DNA from: Octopus vulgaris
Lineage: Eukaryota
NCBI GenBank assembly: GCA_951406725.2
Contig: OX597814.1
Span: 216,504,001-216,568,000 of the forward strand
Length of the DNA: 64,000 nt
Direction of reading: 5' to 3'
Below the pieces are notes generated by a model. The model ran no database searches, had not been told where the DNA came from, and worked only from the letters and a program-made list of their open reading frames with translations. A program made the translations under genes and the position numbers. Each line of letters starts with the position of its first letter. The first letter of the stretch is position 1. Below, one piece after another: positions 12,672 to 25,500 of the stretch.

Positions 12672-15350
12672 CCAGGTGAAGAATGTACCCCACAACGTAG
12701 ACAAGTAGTTAGTGGTTTAAGGATTAGGGCTAAATTGATGCCCAGATGATGACTAGCATGGAGGAGAAGGGTCTGGAAGCTTAAAGATCCTGTGAATGGA
12801 TAGAGATTTAGAGACGCATCACTCAGAGATTTTGATGAAATAGAAGGGGATATAATATTACATGATGTGGAAGACAACTGGAGGTTTCTACAGGACAACC
12901 TGCTGAGAGTCACTGACCAGATCTGTGGATGGTGCAAAGTCCCATCTTGACCCAAAGTAACATGGTGGTGGAACAATGTTTTTGACAGGGCTATTAGAGA
13001 AAAGAAACAGGTTTGAAAGGACTGGGAGAACGGTGGTAGCAGAGAATTGTATCAGAATGCCAGAAGGGAAGCTTGGAGGCAGGTTTATTTAGCCAGAGGG
13101 CAAGCAGATAAGAAAAAATTTGCCATTGTTCTGCCATGTGAGGACCAAAAGCTTAAGGTATTTCGTGTTGCAAAACAGTGTGTGAGAGAGAATCGTGATG
13201 TAGGAGAGAAATGTGTCCACATGGATGATGGTTCACTTGCATTAAATGAGGCTGCAAAGAGAGAAGTATGGAGATGCCATTATGAAAGGTTGCTAAATAA
13301 AGAGAATGAAAGAAAGCCTGCTGAATGCCGACCCAACAGAGAGAACAGCTATCCGAGTTGACTACCTTGGTAGATAAAGCAATAAAGGGTTGAAGACAGA
13401 GAAAGACCCCCAGCCCATCAGGAATCACCACAGAGATGCTCAAAGTATCTGGCAGTGTCAGCTATAGTGTTGTCACCCATATAGTCAACCAGATGATACA
13501 TGAAGAAGTCATACTCAATGACTGACGTAGCAGCACTGCAGTCAACTGCTACAAAGGTAAAGGTGACGCTTTAGATACAAATAATTACAGAGGTATCAAG
13601 CTGTTGGATCAGGTAATCAAAGGCATGGAGAGGGTCAGTTTAGATAAGATGCAGTTTGGGTTCGTGCCAGGGAAAAGCACCACTGTTGCTATGTTCCTGG
13701 GAAGACAACTGCAGGAGAAACACCTAGCCAAAGATAAACCCCTGTACCTGGCTTTCATTGACATGGAGAAAGCCTTTGACAGAGTCCCCCGATCCCTTAT
13801 CTGGTGGTCAATGAGGAAACTAGGGATAGATGAATGGTTAGTGAGAGCCATGCAAGCCACGTACAGGGATGCTGTCAGTAACGTGAAGGTTGGCAACGAG
13901 TACAGTGAAGAATTCCGGGTAGGGGTAGGGGTCCACCAAGGTTCAGTCATCAGCCCGCTCCTATTTATCATAGTCCTCCAGGCAATAACAGAGGAATTCA
14001 AGACAGGATACCCCTGGGAGCTCCTCTATGCTGATGACCTTGCTCTAATTGCTGAGCCACTATCAGGTGTGGAAGCTAGGATTAGAAGTGAAGGGCCTTT
14101 GAGTCAACTTAGCTAAAACCAAAGGCTTAATACGTAGGAAGGCAGACAAACCACAATCCCTTCAGGTAGATGGTTTTCCTCGGTCTGTAGAAAAGGTGTT
14201 GGTAGAAACTCTATAAGATGCACCCAGTGTATCTATGGACACATAAGAAGTGCAGCAATATCAAAGGAAGGCTAACTGGGAAGATAGTTTTTGTATGTGG
14301 CCGATGCTCAAGAGCAATAAACACTGAAAATGTGCAGAGAACAGCTTCTGTTTCATGCCTGGGGGGAAAACTGGAAGTAGTTGACAGCTTCCGTTACCTA
14401 TGTGACCAAGTGAGTGCTCTGAAAGTGTAGCTGCTACAATAAGAATAGCCTGGGCAAAGTTCAGAGAGCCCCTACCTCTGGTGGTGACAAAGGGCCTGTT
14501 GCTCAGAGTAAATGATAGACTGTATGATGCATGTGTATGAACATCCATGCTACGTGGCAGCAAAACATGGGCTGTGACTGCTGAGGACATGCGTAAGCTC
14601 GCAAGGAATGAAGTCAGTATGCTCTGATGGATGTGTAATATCAGTGTGCATACTCGACAGAGAGTAAGTACCTTGAGAGAAAAGTTGGACCTAAGAAGCA
14701 TCAGATGTAGTGTGCAAGAGAGATGACTGCACTGGTCTGGTCATGTGGAGAGAATGAATGAGGATAGCTGTGTGAAAAAGTTCTACACCCTAGTGGTTGA
14801 GGGAACCTGTGGAAGAAGTAGACCCAGAAAGACCTGGGATGATGTGGTGAAGCACAACCTTTGAACATTAGGCCTCACCGAGGCAATGACTAGTGACCAA
14901 GACTTTTGGAAATATGCTATGCTTGAGAAGACCCGGCAAGCCAAGTGAGGCCATAACCAGTGGCCTATGCCAGCAGTGTAACCCGCCCACTTATGCATAC
15001 CTTTTTTTCATTGGACACTAAACTTTACTTGTGAAGACCTGTTGAGGAAAGTGAAATCAAATTCGCTGATGTGGTCAATGATAGCACTGCCTGACTGGCA
15101 CCCGTTAAAACATGATCATTGCCAGGGCCACTGACTAACTCCCATGCCGGTGGTACATAAAAAGCACCATTTGAGCATGATCATTACCAGCGTTGTCTTA
15201 CTGGAACTTGTGCCGGTGGCATGTGAAAAACAACATTCGAGTGAGGATGTTGCCAGTGCCGCTGGACTGGCTCCTGTGCAAGTGGCACATAAAAAACAAC
15301 ATTTGAGCATGGCCATTGCCAGTATCGCCCAACGGCCATTGTGCCAGTGG
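12672..15350 (+). mobile_element. Decayed RTE-type LINE (APE C-terminus, RT, PHD-like insert, 3' UTR with ~60-bp tandem units)
   Basis: MQFGFVPGKSTT, FIDMEKAFDRVPR, GVHQGSVISPLLF, LLYADDL. A short upstream APE piece lies at 10660-10745. Confidence 0.88.
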
Positions 15351-15904
15351 TTCATAAATATTTTTCACCCCAAAATATTTATAATTGTATATAAGTTCAT
15401 TAGTTACTACAATTTATTAGTTTCTTTTGCATATTTTTAGTTTATGTATGTGTATGCTAATATACAAAGCAGAATTTTCGGGATGGTGTCTGGGAGTGAG
15501 GTGCCCCTCAGCTTCTGTTGAAACATGTCTCTAGAATAAGGTCATTCTGATATAAAACCAGATATACAGGGAATGGCATTGGAAATTTTAAGGATATTTT
15601 AAGAATATTTGGTTTGTGCTAGAGATCATGGTGCTCCCACATCCCTAAGCCTGTGACTCATATTGGAACCAGACATATTGCTCTGGCTTGTCTCAGGATA
15701 ATGGCAATAAAGTGGTGTCGTTCAAGCCTTATTGGACCTAAAACGCTGCAAAGGCATTGCTGACCTCTGCTCGATATGTACCTTTTCTACTCTCTTTTTT
15801 TTTCTCCTTATACATATATTTATTTTACTCTTAGTATATATGTATCTTTAGTTTTAGTGTATATTTATATATTTATTTCATTTTAGTATATTTTTATTTT
15901 TATT

Positions 15905-16575
15905 TGGAAGTACTGTGGCGATGGGAAGGTGGTGAAGCAAGGAGGCATTACACGTTGGAGGCATGTAGTCAGTGACCAGCACATAGGTGGCCCATGTTAG
16001 ATATAGAGATGTCTCCTTTTCTCCCAAGACAGCAGTGGGATTTGGGTGCTGCATAGGTGTCTGAGCAGCTCTATTTAGAGAGGGCACTGCTCACCCAGAG
16101 GCTGAGGAGATTCTAGAAAGGGTGAACAAAAAATTGACTGTCTTTCTATAAAAAATTGGTTCTTTCTATATCTGGTCAATTTAGTGTGACTGACGGATGT
16201 CCACCCTGTGCTCGAAAAACAAAGAAACTTTTATTTACAAAATCTGGTTGGAACTTGAACATTTCATGTTGGAATGTGTGCATTCTGTTGGATAACAAGA
16301 GTGATTGGAGGTCTGAAGATATGCGCAACACTTGTTGCTCGTGAGCTGAACCATTATAACAATGATATAGCTTCACTTTCAGAGGCTTGTATGGAAGGTG
16401 GTGGTCAACCTAAGGAAGTAGGAGGTGGATGCACCTTCTTTTATTGGAAGGAGAAGCAGAAGGGGGAGCACAGAGAGGCTGTTGTTGGCTTAGCAGTTCG
16501 ATCTGATATCCTGAAGAAGTTGGAGGAGTTTCATGTTCCTATAAATAAACATCTAATGACACTAAGGTTGCACCT
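15905..16575 (+). mobile_element. 5' part (UTR + APE N-terminus) of a BovB/RTE-like LINE, cut off by the satellite
   Basis: LNISCWNVCILLD..TLVARELNHYNNDIASLSE..EHREAVVGLAVRSD..LMTLRL. Confidence 0.8.
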
Positions 16576-19500
16576 GAAATTGCTGACCTTGTGCCAAAAT
16601 TTGAAACCAAAATTCCAGTGATGTTTATGGTCAATAAAATAAGTACCAGCTCAGCACTGGGCTTGATGTAATTGACTTAGCCATCTCCTGAAATTGCTGG
16701 CCTTGTGCCAAAATTTGAAACCAAAATTCCAGTGTTGTTTATGGTCAATAAAATAAGTACCAGTTGAGCACTGGGGTTGAGGTAATTGACTTAGCCACAG
16801 TCCTGAAATTGCTGGCCTTGTGCCGAAATTTAAAGCCAAAATTTCAGTGATGTTTATGTTCAATAAAATAAGTAGCAGTTGAGCCCTGGGGTTGATGTAA
16901 TTGACTTAGCCACTCTCCTGAAATTGCTGGCCTTGTTCCAAAATTTAAAGCCAAAATTCCAGTGATGTTTATGGTCAATAAAATAAGTACCAGTTGAGCA
17001 CTGGGGTTGATGTAATTGACTTAGCCACTCACCTGAAATTGCTGGCCTTGTGCCGAAATTTAAAGCCAAAATTTCAGTGATGTTTATGTTCAATAAAATA
17101 AGTACCAGTTGAGCACTGGGGTTGATGTAATTGACTTAGCCACTCTCCTGAAATTGCTGGCCTTGTTCCAAAATTTAAAGCCAAAATTCCAGTGATGTTT
17201 ATGGTCAATAAAATAAGTACCAGTTGAGCACTGGGGTTGATGTAATTGACTTAGCCACTCACCTGAAATTGCTGGCCTTGTGCCGAAATTTAAAGCCAAA
17301 ATTTCAGTGATGTTTATGTTCAATAAAATAAGTACCAGTTGAGCACTGGGGTTGATGTAATTGACTTAGCCACTCTCCTGAAATTGCTGGCCTTGTTCCA
17401 AAATTTAAAGCCAAAATTCCAGTGATGTTTATGGTCAATAAAATAAGTACCAGTTGAGCACTGGGGTTGATGTAATTGACTTAGCCACTCACCTGAAATT
17501 GCTGGCCTTGTGCCGAAATTTAAAGCCAAAATTTCAGTGATGTTTATGTTCAATAAAATAAGTACCAGTTGAGCACTGGGGTTGATGTAATTGACTTAGC
17601 CACTCTCCTGAAATTGCTGGCCTTGTGCCAAAATTTAAAGCCAAAATTCCAGTGATGTTTATGGTCAATAAAATAAGTACCAGTTGAGCACTGGGTTTGA
17701 TGTAATTGACTTAGCCACTCACCTGAAATTGCTGGCCTTGTGCCGAAATTTAAAGCCAAAATTTCAGTGATGTTTATGTTCAATAAAATAAGTACCAGTT
17801 GAGCACTGGAGTTCATGTAATTGACTTAGCCACTCTCCTGAAATTGCTGGCCTTGTTCCAAAATTTAAAGCCAAAATTCCAGTGATGTTTATGGTCAATA
17901 AAATAAGTACCAGTTGAGCACTGAGGTTGATGTAATTGACTTAGCCACTCACCTGAAATTGCTGGCCTTGTGCCGAAATTTAAAGCCAAAATTTCAGTGA
18001 TGTTTATGGTCAATAAAATAAGTACCAGTTGAGCACTGAGGTTGATGTAATTGACTTAGCCACTCACCTGAAATTGCTGGCCTTGTGCCGAAATTTAAAG
18101 CCAATATTCCAGTGATGTTTATGGTCAATAAAATAAGTACCAGTTGAGCACTGGGGTTGATGTAATTGACTTAGCCACTCACCTGAAATTGCTGGCCTTG
18201 TGCCGAAATTTAAAGCCAAAATTTCAGTGATGTTTATGTTCAATAAAATAAGTACCAGTTGAGCACTGGGGTTGATGTAATTGACTTAGCCACTCTCCTG
18301 AAATTGCTGGCCTTGTGCCAAAATTTAAAGCCAAAATTCCAGTGATGTTTATGGTCAATAAAATAAGTACCAGTTGAGCAGTGGGGTTGATGTAATTGAC
18401 TTAGCCACTCACCTGAAATTGCTGGCCTTGTGCCGAAATTTAAAGCCAAAATTCCAGTGATGTTTATGTTCAATGAAATAAGTACCAGTTGAGCACTGGG
18501 TTGATGTAATTGACTTAGCCACTCACCTGAAATTGCTGGCCTTGTGCCAAAATTTAAAGCCAAAATTCCAGTGATGTTTATGGTCAATAAAATAAGTACC
18601 AGTTGAGCACTGGGTTTGATGTAATTGACTTACCCATCTCCTGAAATTGCTGGCCTTGTGCCAAAATTTAAAGCCAAAATTCCAGTGATGTTTATGGTCA
18701 ATAAAATAAGTACCAGTTGAGCACTGGGGTTGATGTAATTGACTTAGCCACTCACCTGAAATTGCTGGCCTTGTGCCAAATTTAAAGCCAAAATTTCAGT
18801 GATGTTTATGTTCAATAAAATAAGTACCAGTTGAGCACTGGGGTTGATGTAATTGACTTAGCCACTCTCCTGAAATTGCTGGCCTTGTTCCAAAATTTAA
18901 AGCCAAAATTCCAGTGATGTTTATGGTCAATAAAATAAGTACCAGTTGAGCACTGGGGTTGATGTAATTGACTTAGCCACTCACCTGAAATTGCTGGCCT
19001 TGTGCCAAAATTTAAAGCCAAAATTTCAGTGATGTTTATGTTCAATAAAATAAGTACCAGTTGAGCACTGGGGTTGATGTAATTGACTTAGCCACTCTCC
19101 TGAAATTGCTGGCCTTGTGCCAAAATTTAAAACCAAAATTCCAGTGATGTTTATGGTCAATAAAATAAGTACCAGTTGAGCACTGGGTTTGATGTAATTG
19201 ACTTAGCCACTCACCTGAAATTGCTGGCCTTGTGCCAAATTTAAAGCCAAAATTTCAGTGATGTTTATGTTCAATAAAATAAGTACCAGTTGAGCACTGG
19301 AGTTCATGTAATTGACTTAGCCACTCTCCTGAAATTGCTGGCCTTGTTCCAAAATTTAAAGCCAAAATTCCAGTGATGTTTATGGTCAATAAAATAAGTA
19401 CCAGTTGAGCACTGAGGTTGATGTAATTGACTTAGCCACTCACCTGAAATTGCTGGCCTTGTGCCGAAATTTAAAGCCAAAATTTCAGTGATGTTTATGG

Positions 19501-22500
19501 TCAATAAAATAAGTACCAGTTGAGCACTGAGGTTGATGTAATTGACTTAGCCACTCACCTGAAATTGCTGGCCTTGTGCCGAAATTTAAAGCCAAAATTC
19601 CAGTGATGTTTATGGTCAATAAAATAAGTACCAGTTGAGCACTGGGGTTGATGTAATTGACTTAGCCACTCACCTGAAATTGCTGGCCTTGTGCCGAAAT
19701 TTAAAACCAAAATTTCAGTGATGTTTATGTTCAATAAAATAAGTACCAGTTGAGCACTGGGGTTGATGTAATTGACTTAGCCACTCTCCTGAAATTGCTG
19801 GCCTTGTGCCAAAATTTAAAGCCAAAATTCCAGTGATGTTTATGGTCAATAAAATAAGTACCAGTTGAGCAGTGGGGTTGATGTAATTGACTTAGCCACT
19901 CACCTGAAATTGCTGGCCTTGTGCCAAAAATTTAAAGCCAAAATTCCAGTGATGTTTATGTTCAATGAAATAAGTACCAGTTGAGCACTGGGTTGATGTA
20001 ATTGACTTAGCCACTCACCTGAAATTGCTGGCCTTGTGCCAAAATTTAAAGCCAAAATTCCAGTGATGTTTATGGTCAATAAAATAAGTACCAGTTGAGC
20101 ACTGGGTTTGATGTAATTGACTTACCCATCTCCTGAAATTGCTGGCCTTGTGCCAAAATTTGAAACCAAAATTACAGTGATGTTTATGGTAAATAAAATA
20201 AGTACCAGTTGAGCGCTGGGTTTGATGTAATTGACTTACCCATCTCCTGAAATTGCTGGCCTTGTGCTAAAATTTGAAACCAAAATTCCAGTGATGTTTA
20301 TGGTCAATAAAACAAGTACCAGTTGAGCACTGGGGTTGATGTAATTGACTTAGTCACTCTCCTGAAATTGCTGGCCTTGTGCCAAAATTTGAAACCAAAA
20401 TCCCCTGATGTTTATGTTCAATAAAATAAGTACCAGTTGAGCACTGAGGTTCATCTAATTGACTTAGTCACTCTCCTGAAATTGCTGGCCTTGTGCCAAA
20501 ATTTGAAACAAAAATTCCAGTGATGTTTATGGTCAATAAAATAAGTACCAGTTGAACACTGAGGTTGATGTAATTGTCTTAGCCACTCTCTTAAAATTGC
20601 TGGCCTTGTGCCAAAATTTGAAACAAAAATTCCAGTGATGTTTATGGTCAATAAAATAAGTACCAGTTGAGCACTGAGATTGATATAATTGTCTTAGCCA
20701 CTCTCCTGAAATTGCTGGCCTTGTGCCAAAATTTGAAACAAAAATTCCAGTGATGTTTATGGTCAATAAAATAAGTACCAGTTGAGCACTGGGGTTGATG
20801 TAATTGACTTAGCCACTCTCCTGAAATTGCTGGCCTTGTGCTAAAATTTGGAACCAAAATTCCAGTGATGTTTATGGTCAATAAAATAAGTAGCAGTTGA
20901 GCACTGGGGTTGATGTAATTGACTTAGCCACTCTCCTGAAATTGCTGGCCTTGTGCCAAAATTTGAAACAAAAATTCCAGTGATGTTTATGGTCAATAAA
21001 ATAAGTAGCAGTTGAGCACTGGGGTTGATGTAATTGATTTAGTCACTCTCCTGAAATTGCTGGCCTTGTGCCAAAATTTGAAACAAAAATTCCAGTGATG
21101 TTTATGGTCAATAAAATAAGTACCAGTTGAGCACTGGTGTTCATGTAATTGTCTTAGCCACTCTCCTGAAATTGCTGGCCTTGTGCCAAAATTTTAACCC
21201 AAAATTCCAGTGATGTTTATGGTCAATAAAATAAGTAGCAGTTGAGCACTGGGGTTGATGTAATTGACTTAGCCACTCTCCTGAAATTGCTGGCCTAGTG
21301 CCAAAATTTGAAACAAAAATTCCAGTGATGTTTATGGTCAATAAAATAAGTAGCAGTTGAGCACTGGGGTTGATGTAATTGACTTTAGTCACTCTCCTGA
21401 AATTGCTGGCCTTGTGCCAAAATTTGAAACAAAAATTCCAGTGATGTTTATGGTCAATAAAATAAGTAGCAGTTGAGCACTGGGGTTGATGTAATTGACT
21501 TAGCCACTCTCCTGAAATTGCTGGCCTTGTGCCAAAATTTGAAACAAAAATTCCAGTGATGTTTATGGTCAATAAAATAAGTAGCAGTTGAGCACTGGGG
21601 TTGATGTAATTGACTTAGCCACTCTCCTGAAATTGCTGGCCTTGTGCCAAAATTTGAAACAAAAATTCCAGTGATGTTTATGGTCAATAAAATAAGTAGC
21701 AGTTGAGCACTGGGGTTGATGTAATTGACTTAGCCACTCTCCTGAAATTGCTGGCCTTGTGCCAAAATTTGAAACAAAAATTCCAGTGATGTTTATGGTC
21801 AATAAAATAAGTACCAGTTGAGCACTGGGGTTGATGTAATTGACTTAGCCACTCTCCTGAAATTGCTGGCCTTGTGCCAAAATTTGAAACAAAAATTCCA
21901 GTGATGTTTATGGTCAATAAAATAAGTACCAGTTGAGCACTGGGGTTGATGTAATTGACTTAGCCACTCTCCTGAAATTGCTGGCCTTGTGCCAAAATTT
22001 GAAACAAAAATTCCAGTGATGTTTATGGTCAATAAAATAAGTACCAGTTGAGCACTGGGGTTGATGTAATTGACTTAGCCACTCTCCTGAAATTGCTGGC
22101 CTTGTGCCAAAATTTGAAACAAAAATTCCAGTGATGTTTATGGTCAATAAAATAAGTACCAGTTGAGCACTGGGGTTGATGTAATTGACTTAGCCACTCT
22201 CCTGAAATTGCTGGCCTTGTGCCAAAATTTGAAACAAAAATTCCAGTGATATTTATGGTCAATAAAATAAGTAGCAGTTGAGCACTGGGGTTGATGTAAT
22301 TGACTTAGCCACTCTCCTGAAATTGCTGGCCTTGTGCCAAAATTTGAAACAAAAATTCCAGTGATATTTATGGTCAATAAAATAAGTAGCAGTTGAGCAC
22401 TGGGGTTGATGTAATTGACTTAGCCACTCTCCTGAAATTGCTGGCCTTGTGCCAAAATTTGAAACAAAAATTCCAGTGATATTTATGGTCAATAAAATAA

Positions 22501-25500
22501 GTAGCAGTTGAGCACTGGGGTTGATGTAATTGACTTAGCCACTCTCCTGAAATTGCTGGCCTTGTGCCAAAATTTGAAACAAAAATTCCAGTGATATTTA
22601 TGGTCAATAAAATAAGTAGCAGTTGAGCACTGGGGTTGATGTAATTGACTTAGCCACTCTCCTGAAATTGCTGGCCTTGTGCCAAAATTTGAAACAAAAA
22701 TTCCAGTGATATTTATGGTCAATAAAATAAGTAGCAGTTGAGCACTGGGGTTGATGTAATTGACTTAGCCACTCTCCTGAAATTGCTGGCCTTGTGCCAA
22801 AATTTGAAACAAAAATTCCAGTGATATTTATGGTCAATAAAATAAGTAGCAGTTGAGCACTGGGGTTGATGTAATTGACTTAGCCACTCTCCTGAAATTG
22901 CTGGCCTTGTGCCAAAATTTGAAACAAAAATTCCAGTGATGTTTATGGTCAATAAAATAAGTAGCAGTTGAGCACTGGGGTTGATGTAATTGACTTAGCC
23001 ACTCTCCTGAAATTGCTGGCCTTGTGCCAAAATTTGAAACAAAAATTCCAGTGATGTTTATGGTCAATAAAATAAGTACCAGTTGAGCACTGGGGTTGAT
23101 GTAATTGACTTAGCAACTCTCCTGAAATTGCTGGCCTTGTGCCAAAATTTGAAACAAAAATTCCAGTGATGTTTATGGTCAATAAAATAAGTACCAGTTG
23201 AGCACTGGGGTTGATGTAATTGACTTAGCCACTCTCCTGAAATTGCTGGCCTTGTGCCAAAATTTGAAACAAAAATTCCAGTGATGTTTATGGTCAATAA
23301 AATAAGTACCAGTTGAGCACTGGGGTTGATGTAATTGACTTAGCCACTCTCCTGAAATTGCTGGCCTTGTGCCAAAATTTGAAACAAAAATTCCAGTGAT
23401 GTTTATGGTCAATAAAATAAGTAGCAGTTGAGCACTGGGGTTGATGTAATTGACTTAGCCACTCTCCTGAAATTGCTGGCCTTGTGCCAAAATTTGAAAC
23501 AAAAATTCCAGTGATGTTTATGTTCAATAAAATAAGTACCAGTTGAGCACTGGGGTTGATGTAATTGACTTAGTCACTCTCCTGAAATTGCTGGCCTTGT
23601 GCCAAAATTTGAAACAAAAATTCCAGTGATGTTTATGGTCAATAAAATAAGTACCAGTTGAGCATTGGGGTTGATGTAATTGACTTAGCCACTCTCCTGA
23701 AATTGCTGGCCTTGTGCCAAAATTTGAAACCAAAATTCCAGTGATGTTTATGGTCAATAAAATAAGTACCAGTTGAGCACTGGGGTTGATGTAATTGACT
23801 TAGCCACTCTCCTGAAATTGCTGGCCTTGTGCCAAAATTTGAAACAAAAATTCCAGTGATGTTTATGGTCAATAAAATAAGTACCAGTTGAGCACTGGGG
23901 TTGATGTAATTGACTTAGCCACTCTCCTGAAATTGCTGGCCTTGTGCCAAAATTTGAAACAAAAATTCCAGTGATGTTTATGGTCAATAAAATAAGTACC
24001 AGTTGAGCACTGGGGTTGATGTAATTGACTTAGCCACTCTCCTGAAATTGCTGGCCTTGTGCCAAAATTTGAAACAAAAATTCCAGTGATGTTTATGGTC
24101 AATAAAATAAGTACCAGTTGAGCACTGGGGTTGATGTAATTGACTTAGCCACTCTCCTGAAATTGCTGGCCTTGTGCCAAAATTTGAAACAAAAATTCCA
24201 GTGATGTTTATGGTCAATAAAATAAGTACCAGTTGAGCACTGGGGTTGATGTAATTGACTTAGCCACTCTCCTGAAATTGCTGGCCTTGTGCCAAAATTT
24301 GAAACAAAAATTCCAGTGATGTTTATGGTCAATAAAATAAGTACAGTTGAGCACTGGGGTTGATGTAATTGACTTAGCCACTCTCCTGAAATTGCTGGCC
24401 TTGTGCCAAAATTTGAAACAAAAATTCCAGTGATGTTTATGGTCAATAAAATAAGTACCAGTTGAGCACTGGGGTTGATGTAATTGACTTAGCCACTCTC
24501 CTGAAATTGCTGGCCTTGTGCCAAAATTTGAAACAAAAATTCCAGTGATGTTTATGGTCAATAAAATAAGTACCAGTTGAGCACTGGGGTTGATGTAATT
24601 GACTTAGCCATCTCCTGAAATTGCTGGCCTTGTGCCAAAATTTGAAACAAAAATTCCAGTGATGTTTATGGTCAATAAAATAAGTACCAGTTGAGCACTG
24701 GGGTTGATGTAATTGACTTAGCCACTCTCCTGAAATTGCTGGCCTTGTGCCAAAATTTGAAACAAAAATTCCAGTGATGTTTATGGTCAATAAAATAAGT
24801 ACCAGTTGAGCACTGGGGTTGATGTAATTGACTTAGCCACTCTCCTGAAATTGCTGGCCTTGTGCCAAAATTTGAAACAAAAATTCCAGTGATGTTTATG
24901 GTCAATAAAATAAGTACCAGTTGAGCACTGGGGTTGATGTAATTGACTTAGCCACTCTCCTGAAATTGCTGGCCTTGTGCCAAAATTTGAAACAAAAATT
25001 CCAGTGATGTTTATGGTCAATAAAATAAGTACCAGTTGAGCACTGGGGTTGATGTAATTGACTTAGCCATCTCCTGAAATTGCTGGCCTTGTGCCAAAAT
25101 TTGAAACAAAAATTCCAGTGATGTTTATGGTCAATAAAATAAGTACCAGTTGAGCACTGGGGTTGATGTAATTGACTTAGCCATCTCCTGAAATTGCTGG
25201 CCTTGTGCCAAAATTTGAAACAAAAATTCCAGTGATGTTTATGGTCAATAAAATAAGTACCAGTTGAGCACTGGGGTTGATGTAATTGACTTAGCCATCT
25301 CCTGAAATTGCTGGCCTTGTGCCAAAATTTGAAACAAAAATTCCAGTGATGTTTATGGTCAATAAAATAAGTACCAGTTGAGCACTGGGGTTGATGTAAT
25401 TGACTTAGCCACTCTCCTGAAATTGCTGGCCTTGTGCCAAAATTTGAAACAAAAATTCCAGTGATGTTTATGGTCAATAAAATAAGTACCAGTTGAGCAC

